A DNA stretch of 64,000 nt from an uncultured Oscillospiraceae bacterium (lineage in GTDB: Bacteria; Bacillota; Clostridia; Oscillospirales; Acutalibacteraceae), in contig CABUFC010000002.1 in the NCBI GenBank assembly GCA_902490735.1, positions 141,089 to 205,088 on the forward strand. The letters run 5' to 3'. The notes under the pieces are model-generated. The model worked only from the letters and a program-made list of their open reading frames with translations, searched no databases and was not told the origin of the DNA. Each line of letters starts with the position of its first letter. Position 1 is the first letter of the stretch. This document shows positions 20,371-29,314 of the stretch, piece after piece. Position numbers and translations under genes: made by a program.

Positions 20371-21576
20371 TTAGTTGGTATAGTTGTCAAAATAACCTTG
20401 TACCAAAACAACCGGAGTGCCTTTATCACCGGAACCGCTGGTAAGGTCACAAAGAGAGCCTATAAGATCGGTAAGCTGGCGAGGTGTTGTCCCTTGTGAA
20501 GCCATATTGCCTTTAAGATCCCCGTCTTTGGCTTTAATGCTATCGGAGATTGCCTTTTTAAGCTCGTCGCCTGATAAATCTTTATAGTCGTTATCAGCCA
20601 AGTATTTAAGCTTAAGCTCGTTGGGTGTTCCTATTAATCCGTCAGTAAAAGCGGGGGATACAACCGGGTCTGCAAGCTCCCAAATTTTGCCCTGTGGATC
20701 TTTAAAAGCACCGTCACCGTAAACCATAACTTCAACATGTTTACCGGTCTGTTTGCTAATGCGGCTTTGAATGTCAAGCACAAGGTCCTTGCACTCCTTC
20801 GGGAAAAGCTTAATTTTATCTTCTGTAGATTTGTTCGAACCCAAAAGACCGTATTTTGCATTGTAACCGCTGCCGTTTACAGGTGCGTTCATAATATCGT
20901 CAAGGCCCAAAACAACCTTTGCGCCGGCATCCTTTAAAATGCGTTTCGTGCGTGCACGAGTATGAATATCGCAGGTTAAAATATGGTCGGCATAAGGAAG
21001 TATAGCTTTTGCCTGGTTGCCGAAAATAATTTCAACTTCGGCACCACTTTCTTTAATAAGTTCACCATAGTACTCAACATAGTCAACCCCTGTAAACTCA
21101 TGCTTGTTAACGCCAAACAGTTCACGGTATTTTTCTAATGTTAAAACATCGGAATAGGGATTTACGCCGGCATTATCAACCTTATCTAAACTTACAAGTT
21201 CATTACCGACTTCGTCCGACGGGTAGCTAAGCATAAGCACAACCTTTTTTGCGCCTTTTGCTATACCGCGAAGACAAATAGCAAAACGGTTACGGGAGAG
21301 TATCGGGAAAATAACACCTATAGTTTCTCCGCCGAGTTTTGCTTTTACGTCTGCCGCAATATCATCTACCGTCGCGTAGTTTCCCTGACTGCGGGCAACT
21401 ATTGATTCGGTAATTGATATTACGTCCTTATCGCGAATTTCAAAGCCCTCATATTCCGCCGCTTCAAGTACGCTTTTGGTTACTATTTCCGCCAAATCGT
21501 CACCTTCGCGAATAATAGGACAACGAATGCCGCGAGATACCGTTCCTACCCGTCTTTCTTTTTCCACAGTGGACAC
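20371..21576 (-). CDS. CofE-like (F420-0:gamma-glutamyl ligase family) protein
   Basis: 401 aa with resemblance to the PF01996 gamma-glutamyl ligase fold family. The start is ambiguous (GTG at 21576 or GTG at 21567). A strong TTGCAT-17-TGaTATAAT promoter lies upstream. Confidence 0.7.
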   Translation of the reverse strand: MSTVEKERRVGTVSRGIRCPIIREGDDLAEIVTKSVLEAAEYEGFEIRDKDVISITESIVARSQGNYATVDDIAADVKAKLGGETIGVIFPILSRNRFAICLRGIAKGAKKVVLMLSYPSDEVGNELVSLDKVDNAGVNPYSDVLTLEKYRELFGVNKHEFTGVDYVEYYGELIKESGAEVEIIFGNQAKAILPYADHILTCDIHTRARTKRILKDAGAKVVLGLDDIMNAPVNGSGYNAKYGLLGSNKSTEDKIKLFPKECKDLVLDIQSRISKQTGKHVEVMVYGDGAFKDPQGKIWELADPVVSPAFTDGLIGTPNELKLKYLADNDYKDLSGDELKKAISDSIKAKDGDLKGNMASQGTTPRQLTDLIGSLCDLTSGSGDKGTPVVLVQGYFDNYTN

Positions 21577-21691
21577 TTCCCTTTAATTGAATTTTTTACC
21601 AGACAATTATATCACAATATTAATTCTAATGCAATAAACTAATAAAAAAATGTTTAATATTTAACTATCGTGCGAAATCTTACAAAATAAT

Positions 21692-21717
21692 GAAAAAAGG
21701 CGATAACACACCGCCTT
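21692..21717 (-). terminator. rho-independent terminator after ybjQ-like gene
   Basis: Stem AAGGCG / CGCCTT followed by TTTTTT on the minus strand. Confidence 0.5.
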
Positions 21718-21720
21718 ACA

Positions 21721-22032
21721 TTATAAAATTTTAACAGCCGTTCCGTAGGCAATTACTTCTGCGGCGCCCTGCATAATTGCAGATGTAGTATAACGTACGT
21801 TTACTATAGCATCGGCACCTAATTTTTCAGCGTCCATTATCATGCGGTCTGTAGCAATTTTTCTTGCTTCGTCCATCATTTCCGTATAAGCTTTAAGCTC
21901 GCCGCCGACTATCGTTTTAAAACTTGCAGCTAAATCTTTGCCAATGTGCTTAGACTGCACGGTACTGCCCTTAACAAGGCCAAGCATTTCAAGATTTTTG
22001 CCTTCAATGTAATCGGTGTTAAAAAGAATCAT
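21721..22032 (-). CDS. YbjQ family (UPF0145) protein
   Basis: 103 aa with the typical YbjQ_1 pattern (...GLVKGSTV.S.H.GKD...GGE...Y.....AR..A..RM...A..LGA.A...V). Confidence 0.85.
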   Translation of the reverse strand: MILFNTDYIEGKNLEMLGLVKGSTVQSKHIGKDLAASFKTIVGGELKAYTEMMDEARKIATDRMIMDAEKLGADAIVNVRYTTSAIMQGAAEVIAYGTAVKIL

Positions 22033-22183
22033 AATATTTCCTCCAAAATAATTTTATATTTATTTTAGTATATTGCGTTATCTTTATCAATATGTTTTTA
22101 TAAATATGTTGACATTTTTTCCAGATCTTGTGTGTTGAATAACGTCGAGAATTGCATTACAATACACTTGAAAGGAGAATTTT

Positions 22184-23041
22184 ATGAAAAAACTTTTATC
22201 TTTCATTTCTGCTATTGCCGTTTTATGTGGATCCATAGGGGGATATAAAACCAATGCTCCGGTTAATAATACGAAAACCGTGAATGAGCAGGCAGTAAGC
22301 TGTGTAAAACCTGACAACCGTACAACAAACAATACGGCTTGCGAAGCTTCTAAGGTAAACAATCAAGAAAATTCTTGTGTTTCTTCAAAACAAACTTCAA
22401 ACGGCAATAAGGAGAACACAAAAGAAAATACTGCAAATATAAATACTGAAAAATCAAATAGTGTAAATAGCGAAAAAACATGTACGCTGACAAATAATGA
22501 ATGTAATACTTCCGGTGCTATAAACAGTGAAAGATCTTCAAGTAATTCAAAAACAACCGAAACCGGCATTGATTTACAATCTATAATTAAAGAATTATTA
22601 TCCTCAAATAATTCAAATGCAAACAATAGCGCTAATCAATCTTCTAAACCCTCTTCAAATATTACGGTAAACGATGAAAGAAGCAGGGTAATAGAGCTTG
22701 TAAACGAACAACGTAAAGCCAACGGATTATCGCCTCTTGAATACAGATCGGACCTGCAAAATGCGGCTGATATTCGTGCAAACGAAATCGTAACCACTTT
22801 TTCGCACACAAGACCGGACGGAACATCCTGTTTTACGGTTTTAAAACAAACAGGTGTATCATATCGCGCCGCAGGCGAGAACATTGCTTACGGACAAAGA
22901 AGTGCCGAAGAAGTTATGAACGGATGGATGAATTCATCCGGGCATAGAGCCAATATTTTATCCCAAAACTATACCGGAATAGCCGTAGGTCTTGTAACAC
23001 GCGGCAACGTAAAATACTGGGTACAGATTTTCGTAAAATAA
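22184..23041 (+). CDS. secreted CAP/SCP-domain protein with an Asn/Ser/Thr-rich linker
   Basis: 285 aa. Signal peptide MKKLLSFISAIAVLCG, a low-complexity N/S/T-rich middle, and a C-terminal CAP domain (NGW.NS.GHRANIL...Y...GVG). Confidence 0.8.
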   Translation: MKKLLSFISAIAVLCGSIGGYKTNAPVNNTKTVNEQAVSCVKPDNRTTNNTACEASKVNNQENSCVSSKQTSNGNKENTKENTANINTEKSNSVNSEKTCTLTNNECNTSGAINSERSSSNSKTTETGIDLQSIIKELLSSNNSNANNSANQSSKPSSNITVNDERSRVIELVNEQRKANGLSPLEYRSDLQNAADIRANEIVTTFSHTRPDGTSCFTVLKQTGVSYRAAGENIAYGQRSAEEVMNGWMNSSGHRANILSQNYTGIAVGLVTRGNVKYWVQIFVK

Positions 23042-23061
23042 TTATGTATTTATAGCAGCAA

Positions 23062-23087
23062 AAAGCCCCGTCATGTAACGGGGCTTT
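23062..23087. terminator. bidirectional terminator between convergent surface-protein genes
   Basis: Stem AAAGCCCCGT / ACGGGGCTTT with a 6-nt loop. Confidence 0.7.
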
Positions 23088-23112
23088 AAATTTATTCTGT
23101 AACATTAAGCTT

Positions 23113-24840
23113 TTATAATTCGTACCCGGTCCACCCGGCAAGGTACTTTGCAAGATGAGAAGCATCCTTATCATCAACTATGCCATCGCTGTTTATATCT
23201 AACTTCGATTCAAAAACTATTACGCTCCAACCGGCTAGATATCTTTTTAATGAGGTAATATCCTTGTCATCTACACTGTTGTCGCCGTTAATATCTCCGC
23301 TATCTAATCGGTCTTCATTAATTTGTCCGCAAATATTGCATGAGGGGTCGTTTTCATCATCATAAACATGTCCGGTATTCTCGCACGTAAAGTGTACGGT
23401 CCCCTCCGGTTTGTTTTCTAAACTGTTCCACTGTGTTATAGTACCAAGATAATAGATATCTTTAATATTCGTGCAACTTGAAAAAGCATATTTACTTATT
23501 GAGGTTACACCGCTGCCCATGGTTATAGTATGCATATCATAGCAACCGCTAAAGGCAAATAAACCTATTGATGTTACGCTGTTTGGTATATTGATGCTTT
23601 TAAGATCGCTGCTGGATTCAAACGCGTAATCGGCAATACATTTTGTGCCTTCTTTAATAGAATAATCACCGGATATTATTCTTGCATCTATTAAACTTTT
23701 ACCTAAATATAAAACACCGTTTTCCCAATTAGATTCATCATTATAGTAAGCTGTGTTATAAAAAGCTCCTCCACCCATGTGTGTTATGTTGTTTCCAATT
23801 ATTATATTTTTTAAATTTTGGCAGTTATAAAAGGCGCTCCATCCAATTGAAGTAACGCTGTCCGGTATAGTGATACTATGTAAAGCGCGATAGTTAAAGG
23901 CATCATTTGCAATGCATTTTGTTCCTTCTTTAATTGTATAATCGGTTGTAGGTGATTTTGTGTCAATTAAATATGCGCCTATATACAAAATGTTATCTTC
24001 CCAGTTGGATTCATTGTTGTAATATGCGGTATTACTAAAGGCATAGGTGTCTATCGAACGTACGCCATTTCCTATTGTTATACTTTCTAAACTTGTGCAA
24101 TCACAAAAGGCGCCGTTTTCTATCGTTTCTACGCTATCCGGTATGACAATGCTTTTTAAACTTTTACAGCTGGAAAACCCGCCTAAATTTTTTAGCCCGT
24201 TACCTAAGGTTACACTTTGCAAACCGGTGCAGCCTGAAAAGGCAGCTGCACCAATGGATATAACATTATCACCAATATTTAAGTTTATTAAATTGTAGCA
24301 ACCATCAAATGCAAAATCACTTATTGATGTTATGCCGTTACCTAATGTAACTTTCTGCAAGTTGCTGCAACCTGCAAAGATATTTTGGCCTAATGATTTT
24401 ACACTGTCCGGTATTTTGATGCTTAATAAATTCGAGCAATATTCAAAAGCTCTTTCTCCAATGGATATTATGCTATCCGGCAATTTTATGCTTTGCATAG
24501 CTGTGCAAATACGAAAGGCTCCTTCGCCTATAGTCTTTACGCTGCTCGGGATTACTATGTTCTCTAAATTAACACAATTATCAAAGGCATTATTACCTAT
24601 ATTTGTTACGCCATCATAAATAATAACAGTTGTAAAACCGTACCAAGGGTGCGAACCAATATGCCCATCTGATGAAAAATTTGGCATTTCACCATTACCG
24701 CTTATTGTTAGGGTAGTACCGATTACTTTCCATGTGCAATCGCCGGAAGTCCCGGATAAGGCAAATGCGGGAATGCTGATAACACTAAATAATGTAGTTA
24801 TCATAATTAAACACAAAACAATACTTAATATTTTTTTCAT
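23113..24840 (-). CDS. BspA-type leucine-rich-repeat surface protein with C-terminal type-I dockerin
   Basis: About 20 repeats of the IP.SVT.IG..AF..C..L type. The C-terminus has two dockerin Ca-binding segments, DINGDNSVDDKDITSLKRYLAGW and DINSDGIVDDKDASHLAKYLAGW. The signal peptide begins at MKKIL (ATG 24840). Confidence 0.8.
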   Translation of the reverse strand: MKKILSIVLCLIMITTLFSVISIPAFALSGTSGDCTWKVIGTTLTISGNGEMPNFSSDGHIGSHPWYGFTTVIIYDGVTNIGNNAFDNCVNLENIVIPSSVKTIGEGAFRICTAMQSIKLPDSIISIGERAFEYCSNLLSIKIPDSVKSLGQNIFAGCSNLQKVTLGNGITSISDFAFDGCYNLINLNIGDNVISIGAAAFSGCTGLQSVTLGNGLKNLGGFSSCKSLKSIVIPDSVETIENGAFCDCTSLESITIGNGVRSIDTYAFSNTAYYNNESNWEDNILYIGAYLIDTKSPTTDYTIKEGTKCIANDAFNYRALHSITIPDSVTSIGWSAFYNCQNLKNIIIGNNITHMGGGAFYNTAYYNDESNWENGVLYLGKSLIDARIISGDYSIKEGTKCIADYAFESSSDLKSINIPNSVTSIGLFAFSGCYDMHTITMGSGVTSISKYAFSSCTNIKDIYYLGTITQWNSLENKPEGTVHFTCENTGHVYDDENDPSCNICGQINEDRLDSGDINGDNSVDDKDITSLKRYLAGWSVIVFESKLDINSDGIVDDKDASHLAKYLAGWTGYEL

Positions 24841-24949
24841 AGCAAACCCTACCTTTTTAAAATTTACCAATTTTATACATTTTTATTATATATTGTTAAC
24901 TTTAAAAAATCAACAAAAATTTGAAAATTTTCGACATTTTAAATCGCAA

Positions 24950-24977
24950 AAAATAAAAGCCCCAAAAAGGGCTTTTA
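24950..24977 (-). terminator. rho-independent terminator after metH
   Basis: Stem AAAAGCCC / GGGCTTTT followed by ATTTT on the minus strand. Confidence 0.65.
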
Positions 24978-24979
24978 TT

Positions 24980-27376
24980 TTAGACGTCTTTTATAATTTT
25001 TTGCGAGAAGCGTACGGCTTCCATTGCGTCTTTAGCGTATTTGTCCGCTCCGATTTTTTCGGCGTACTCCTTGGTTAATACCGCGCCGCCGACTATAATT
25101 TTACACCAAGGCGCATTGCTTCTTAACTGCATTATGGTCTTTTCCATACTGGGAACGGTGGTAGTCATAAGCGCACTCAAACCGACAAGCGGGGCGTGCA
25201 GTTCTTTAACTTTATTAACTATTATATCAGGCGAAACGTCTTTGCCGAGGTCTACCACATTAAAACCATAGTTTTCAAGAAGCAGCTTTACAATATTTTT
25301 GCCAATATCGTGTATATCTCCTTGCACTGTGGCAATTACAAATGTTTTGCCATTTTTACTTTTTTCACCCTGAGGCAGTGCACTTTTAATAACCTCAAAA
25401 GCGCTTTTGGCCGCTTCGGCACTCATAAGCAGCTGCGGTAAATACACCGTTTTGTTTTCAAAGCCCTTGCCCACAACTTCCAGCGCCGGGATAATCTCAT
25501 TATTGACAATATCAAGCGGTAATTGTTTGGACAACATTTTGCTTGTTTGTGCTTTAGCTTTATCTTTTAAACCCTTAATTATGGCTTTTTTTAGGCCGGC
25601 TTTTTCTTGTTCATTGTCATCTTCATGTAGACTTTGCGAAGCAGCGTCTGAAAACTGCTCTAAATTTGCGATATAGTCTGAAAAGTTTTTGTCTATGCCC
25701 TTTATCGCGCGGTATGCATAAAAGGTTTTCATCATATCATCTGAATAAGGGTTCATAATAGCGGCAGATAGTCCGTTTTCAAGTGCCAGCGCAAAGAAAG
25801 TGCTGTTTATTGCTTCGCGCTTAGGAAGTCCGAAAGAAACGTTTGATATGCCAAGAAGTGTGTGAACGCCAAGTTCATTTCTAATGGTTTTAAGAGCTTT
25901 AAGCGTAACATTTGCAATACTGCTTTCGGCGCTTATGGCCATAGTAAGCGTATCAAAGACTATATCCTTTTTTTGAATTCCATAGCTTTCTGCCACACGA
26001 ATAATGTTTTTGGCAATTTGTACGCGACCATCGGCGGTATTCGGTATTCCGTTGTCGTCTAAAGTTAATGCAACCACAACGCCGCCGTATTTTTTTACAA
26101 GCGGAAAAACGGCTTTCATACTTTCTTCTTTGCCGTTTACCGAGTTTATCATTGCTTTTCCGTTGTAGCGGCGAAGAGCAGCCTCCATAGCGACGGGATT
26201 TGAAGTATCTATCTGAAGCGGCAGGTCAACCACTGTTTGAAGGGCTGTTACAGCGCTTTTAAGCATACTTATTTCATCAATATCCGGCAGTCCCACATTA
26301 ACATCAAGAATATCCGCTTTTTTATCCTGCTCGTTTATTCCTTCAGATAGAATATAGTTTATATCGTTTTCATAAAGTGCCTGTTTAAATCTTTTTTTGC
26401 CGGTTGGGTTAATGCGCTCGCCAATAAGAACAGGCGACTCGCCAAATTGTACCGCTTTACTATATGATGATACCATAGTAGTATTTTTAGGCATAATCGG
26501 CACAGGGCTTATTTTTGAAATCTTTTGGCTTAATAACTTTATATATTCGGGCGTGGTTCCGCAACAGCCGCCGGCTATGCGCACGCCTTCCTTTATAAGC
26601 GACAAGACCTCGTTACAAAATTCCTCTTTTGTAACATCAAATACCGTTTTCCCGTTTACAGATTTCGGCAGACCGGCATTTGGTTTTAGTATAACCGGCA
26701 CAGATGCGTAATTTAGCAACTGCTTTATTACCGGATTAAGTCCTTTTGGACCCAGTGAGCAGTTGGCGCCAATGGCATCAGCACCCATACCTTCAAGAAG
26801 CGCCACCATTGCGGTAGGGGTAGCGCCCGTCATCAGTTTGCCGTCTTCACCATATGCGTTTGAAACAATTACGGGTAAACTGCTGTTTTCCTTTGCCGCC
26901 AAAAGCGCCGCCTTGGTTTCATAACTGTCGTTCATGGTTTCTATTAAAATCAGGTCAACGCCATATTTAACGCCGATTTTTATCGTTTTAGCAAAAATAC
27001 TTACGGCATCTTCAAAATCAAGGTCGCCAAGCGGCTTTAACATCTTGCCCGTAGGACCTATATCAAGCGCAATAAATTTTTCTTGCGGGGCGCTGCTTTG
27101 CTCTTTTGCGGCTTTTGCATTAAGTATGCCTGCCTTAATTATCTCTTCAAGCTCGTCAATTGGAAAATTTAAAGTGTTTGCGCCAAATGTGTTGGTGCAA
27201 ACCACGTTGCTTCCGGCGTCAAAATATGCTTTATGTAAACCGATTAAAATATCAGCGTGTGTTAAGTTCCAATACTCAGGCTGTTCGCCGGGTGTAAGGC
27301 CTTTTTCCTGCAAAAAGGTACCGGTGCCGCCGTCAAAGCAGACAATATTATTGTTAAGATAATCAGTAAAATTCAT
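24980..27376 (-). CDS. metH: methionine synthase core (Hcy-methyltransferase + pterin-binding + B12-binding domains; no activation domain)
   Basis: 798 aa. N-terminal homocysteine S-methyltransferase (GGCCGTTP), a middle pterin-binding domain, and a C-terminal cobalamin-binding DxHxxG motif (GDIHDIGKN). Confidence 0.9.
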   Translation of the reverse strand: MNFTDYLNNNIVCFDGGTGTFLQEKGLTPGEQPEYWNLTHADILIGLHKAYFDAGSNVVCTNTFGANTLNFPIDELEEIIKAGILNAKAAKEQSSAPQEKFIALDIGPTGKMLKPLGDLDFEDAVSIFAKTIKIGVKYGVDLILIETMNDSYETKAALLAAKENSSLPVIVSNAYGEDGKLMTGATPTAMVALLEGMGADAIGANCSLGPKGLNPVIKQLLNYASVPVILKPNAGLPKSVNGKTVFDVTKEEFCNEVLSLIKEGVRIAGGCCGTTPEYIKLLSQKISKISPVPIMPKNTTMVSSYSKAVQFGESPVLIGERINPTGKKRFKQALYENDINYILSEGINEQDKKADILDVNVGLPDIDEISMLKSAVTALQTVVDLPLQIDTSNPVAMEAALRRYNGKAMINSVNGKEESMKAVFPLVKKYGGVVVALTLDDNGIPNTADGRVQIAKNIIRVAESYGIQKKDIVFDTLTMAISAESSIANVTLKALKTIRNELGVHTLLGISNVSFGLPKREAINSTFFALALENGLSAAIMNPYSDDMMKTFYAYRAIKGIDKNFSDYIANLEQFSDAASQSLHEDDNEQEKAGLKKAIIKGLKDKAKAQTSKMLSKQLPLDIVNNEIIPALEVVGKGFENKTVYLPQLLMSAEAAKSAFEVIKSALPQGEKSKNGKTFVIATVQGDIHDIGKNIVKLLLENYGFNVVDLGKDVSPDIIVNKVKELHAPLVGLSALMTTTVPSMEKTIMQLRSNAPWCKIIVGGAVLTKEYAEKIGADKYAKDAMEAVRFSQKIIKDV

Positions 27377-28029
27377 AGTTCACCTCTATATGCACAGTCG
27401 GTATTTTCGCACGCTTTACATTTATTATAGCTTTTGCCCTGCGGCTTTTCACAAAGGCCCATTATTGCTGTAACTGATTTTGTCGGCGACATAAGCATAC
27501 TGTCCGTAAGTGTAAGACCTATTAACTTTTGGCAGTTTAAAACAGAAAAAAGGTCTTTTTGAACTGAAAGATCAAAATCGCCGTATCCCGGACTAAACCG
27601 CGGACGAGCATAAAGCCCTGTTTTGTCGCAAATATCGTTGCAAAAAGTATTGCATAAAGCCTCTATTCGCTCGGCACCGATTGCTTGAAACAGGACTGCT
27701 TTTGAAGGGGATACCGCACTGTATTTTGATATAATCCGGTCAATTCCAATACCTACAGTGGCGGCAAAAACCAATGCTTTATTGCAACCGTTAAGATTGT
27801 CGGCGAGCATCTTGGATTTAACCGAAAAAGCACCAAAATTACAGTTGTCACCGAAAGTATTTATATCAAGTAAAAGATAACATACTTTATAAGTAAGCAT
27901 ATCTCTTGCTTCATTTAAGCAATTTTCTATTATACCAAGGGGCAAATCTCTTTCTTGTTTGCAGCCGGCATAGCGCAAAATTTCATTTTTGCATATTGGC
28001 GGAGCACTGTATGTTTTAACAAAAGCCAT
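27373..28029 (-). CDS. stand-alone methionine synthase activation (AdoMet-binding) domain protein
   Basis: 218 aa. ...RPRFSPGYGD... matches the MetH reactivation-domain signature. Overlaps the metH start by 4 nt. Confidence 0.75.
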   Translation of the reverse strand: MAFVKTYSAPPICKNEILRYAGCKQERDLPLGIIENCLNEARDMLTYKVCYLLLDINTFGDNCNFGAFSVKSKMLADNLNGCNKALVFAATVGIGIDRIISKYSAVSPSKAVLFQAIGAERIEALCNTFCNDICDKTGLYARPRFSPGYGDFDLSVQKDLFSVLNCQKLIGLTLTDSMLMSPTKSVTAIMGLCEKPQGKSYNKCKACENTDCAYRGEL

Positions 28030-28034
28030 ATAAT

Positions 28035-28913
28035 CTATTTTCCTATCATATCAGACAGATTTGTCTGTATTTTTTCTGCCACATCAGGCTTGTTCATCGA
28101 GTATACGTGCACTTTATTAATACCGTTTGCATAAAGATCTATTATTTGGTCTGTGGCATATGCAATTCCCGCTTGTTTCATTGCGGCAGGGTCGCAGCCA
28201 AATTTGTCAACAAGGCTTTTAAATCTTTGCGGCATAAACGAGCCGGATAGCTTTATTGCGCGCTTTACCTGATTGGCGTTGGTAATTGGCATAATGCCGG
28301 GTATTATAGGCACGGTTATGCCTGCCTCGCGAATTTTATAAAGAAAATTATAAAGCAAATTGTTATCAAAAAACATCTGTGTTGTTAAAAAATCACAACC
28401 TGCTTCCACCTTTTCTTTAAGATGTTTAATGTCCTCAGATTGATTTACGCTTTCGGGATGAATTTCGGGATAGCAAGCGCCGCCGATACAAAAATCGGGA
28501 TCTGCCGCTTTAAGCGCTAAAACTAAATCTATTGCGTGTTGATATTCCAAACTTTGCTTGTACGTATTCTCAAAATCGGTTGGTATATCTCCGCGAAGCG
28601 CCATAATGTTTTTAATGCCTGCCGCTTTAATTTCGGATATCTTTTGCGCCACGGTTTCTTTTGTTGATGCTACACAGGTAAGATGCGCTAAAGTAGGCAC
28701 GCCGTATTTTTCATTGATATTTTTAGCAATATCTAAAGTATGCTTACTGCTGCCGCCGCCTGCACCGTATGTAACGCTCATAAAAGCCGGATGCAATTGT
28801 GCAATCTGTTCGGTAGCAGATTTTACGCTGTCAAACCCGGTTTCGTTTTTAGGCGGAAACACCTCAAATGAAAGTGCCAGTTTATTGTCTTTTAGCAAAT
28901 CAATAATTTTCAT
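28035..28913 (-). CDS. metF: 5,10-methylenetetrahydrofolate reductase
   Basis: 292 aa MTHFR family (SFEVFPPK, VTYGAGG, ...LRGD...). Confidence 0.92.
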   Translation of the reverse strand: MKIIDLLKDNKLALSFEVFPPKNETGFDSVKSATEQIAQLHPAFMSVTYGAGGGSSKHTLDIAKNINEKYGVPTLAHLTCVASTKETVAQKISEIKAAGIKNIMALRGDIPTDFENTYKQSLEYQHAIDLVLALKAADPDFCIGGACYPEIHPESVNQSEDIKHLKEKVEAGCDFLTTQMFFDNNLLYNFLYKIREAGITVPIIPGIMPITNANQVKRAIKLSGSFMPQRFKSLVDKFGCDPAAMKQAGIAYATDQIIDLYANGINKVHVYSMNKPDVAEKIQTNLSDMIGK

Positions 28914-28997
28914 GGCGCGCTCTCCTTATAATTATATTTAATTTATTATACACCTTAGCGCTAGTCTAAATCAAGCATTTTGAGAGGTCCCAAATTA

Positions 28998-29038
28998 TAA
29001 ATAAAACCGGCGTTCTTCGGTTGTTACCGAAGAACGCC
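28998..29038 (-). terminator. strong rho-independent terminator closing the AbrB-MGT transcription unit
   Basis: 12-bp stem GGCGTTCTTCGG / CCGAAGAACGCC (29009-29020 / 29027-29038), followed on the minus strand by GGTTTTATTTAT. Confidence 0.8.
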
Positions 29039-29178
29039 TAACACTTATTATTTAAAAAAAGAAAAATCATTCCCATTCGATAAAACTTAACTGATTTCGC
29101 TTAGGAAATATTGTCCGTCCTGTTTGTGGTTCCTTCGATTATTTGATGTATCCATATTATCCAGCCTATAATCCTTTC

Positions 29179-29208
29179 TGTTATCATTTTGTTATCAGCG
29201 TTGATAAC
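29179..29208. repeat. left copy of the 30-nt direct repeat (three GTTATCA half-sites)
   Basis: TGTTATCATTTTGTTATCAGCGTTGATAAC. 25/30 identical to 31020-31049, in the same orientation. Confidence 0.85.
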
Positions 29209-29243
29209 AGTGGACGGGGTCTGATGCGGATAATCACGAACCT

Positions 29244-29272
29244 ATTATACTTGCTTGAACGCTGTTATTCAA
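29244..29272 (-). promoter_or_regulatory. orphan sigma-A-type promoter-like element in the 3' region of the MGT gene
   Basis: Minus strand reads TTGAAT, 17 nt, TATAAT. No annotated ORF follows; the next elements downstream are the left repeat and the 28998-29038 terminator. Confidence 0.35.
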
Positions 29273-29314
29273 GATTTATGTGCTTGTTGTCATTCCGGAA
29301 AGCGATCCATTTAT

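Noticed and set aside
22087-22362. 91-aa minus-strand ORF overlapping the start of the CAP-domain gene
   Set aside because: It overlaps the promoter and signal-peptide region of a supported gene. It has no RBS and no recognisable domain.
28914-29140. Expected an S-box (SAM-I) riboswitch or a Met T-box leader upstream of metF-metH
   Set aside because: The segment lacks the conserved S-box core and the T-box GGTGGTACCGCG element. The hairpin at 29009-29038 is best read as the terminator of the upstream AbrB-MGT unit. A plausible metF promoter (TTGATT-18-TATAAT, about 28945-28975) leaves only a ~25-nt leader.
29060-29200. Small minus-strand ORFs in the islet tail (28 aa MITERIIGWIIWIHQIIEGTTNRTDNIS and 22 aa MDTSNNRRNHKQDGQYFLSEIS) as possible toxins or micropeptides
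   Set aside because: Neither has a Shine-Dalgarno at proper spacing. The first starts inside the repeat, and the equivalent frame in the right repeat copy terminates after 5 codons, so the reading frame is not conserved.
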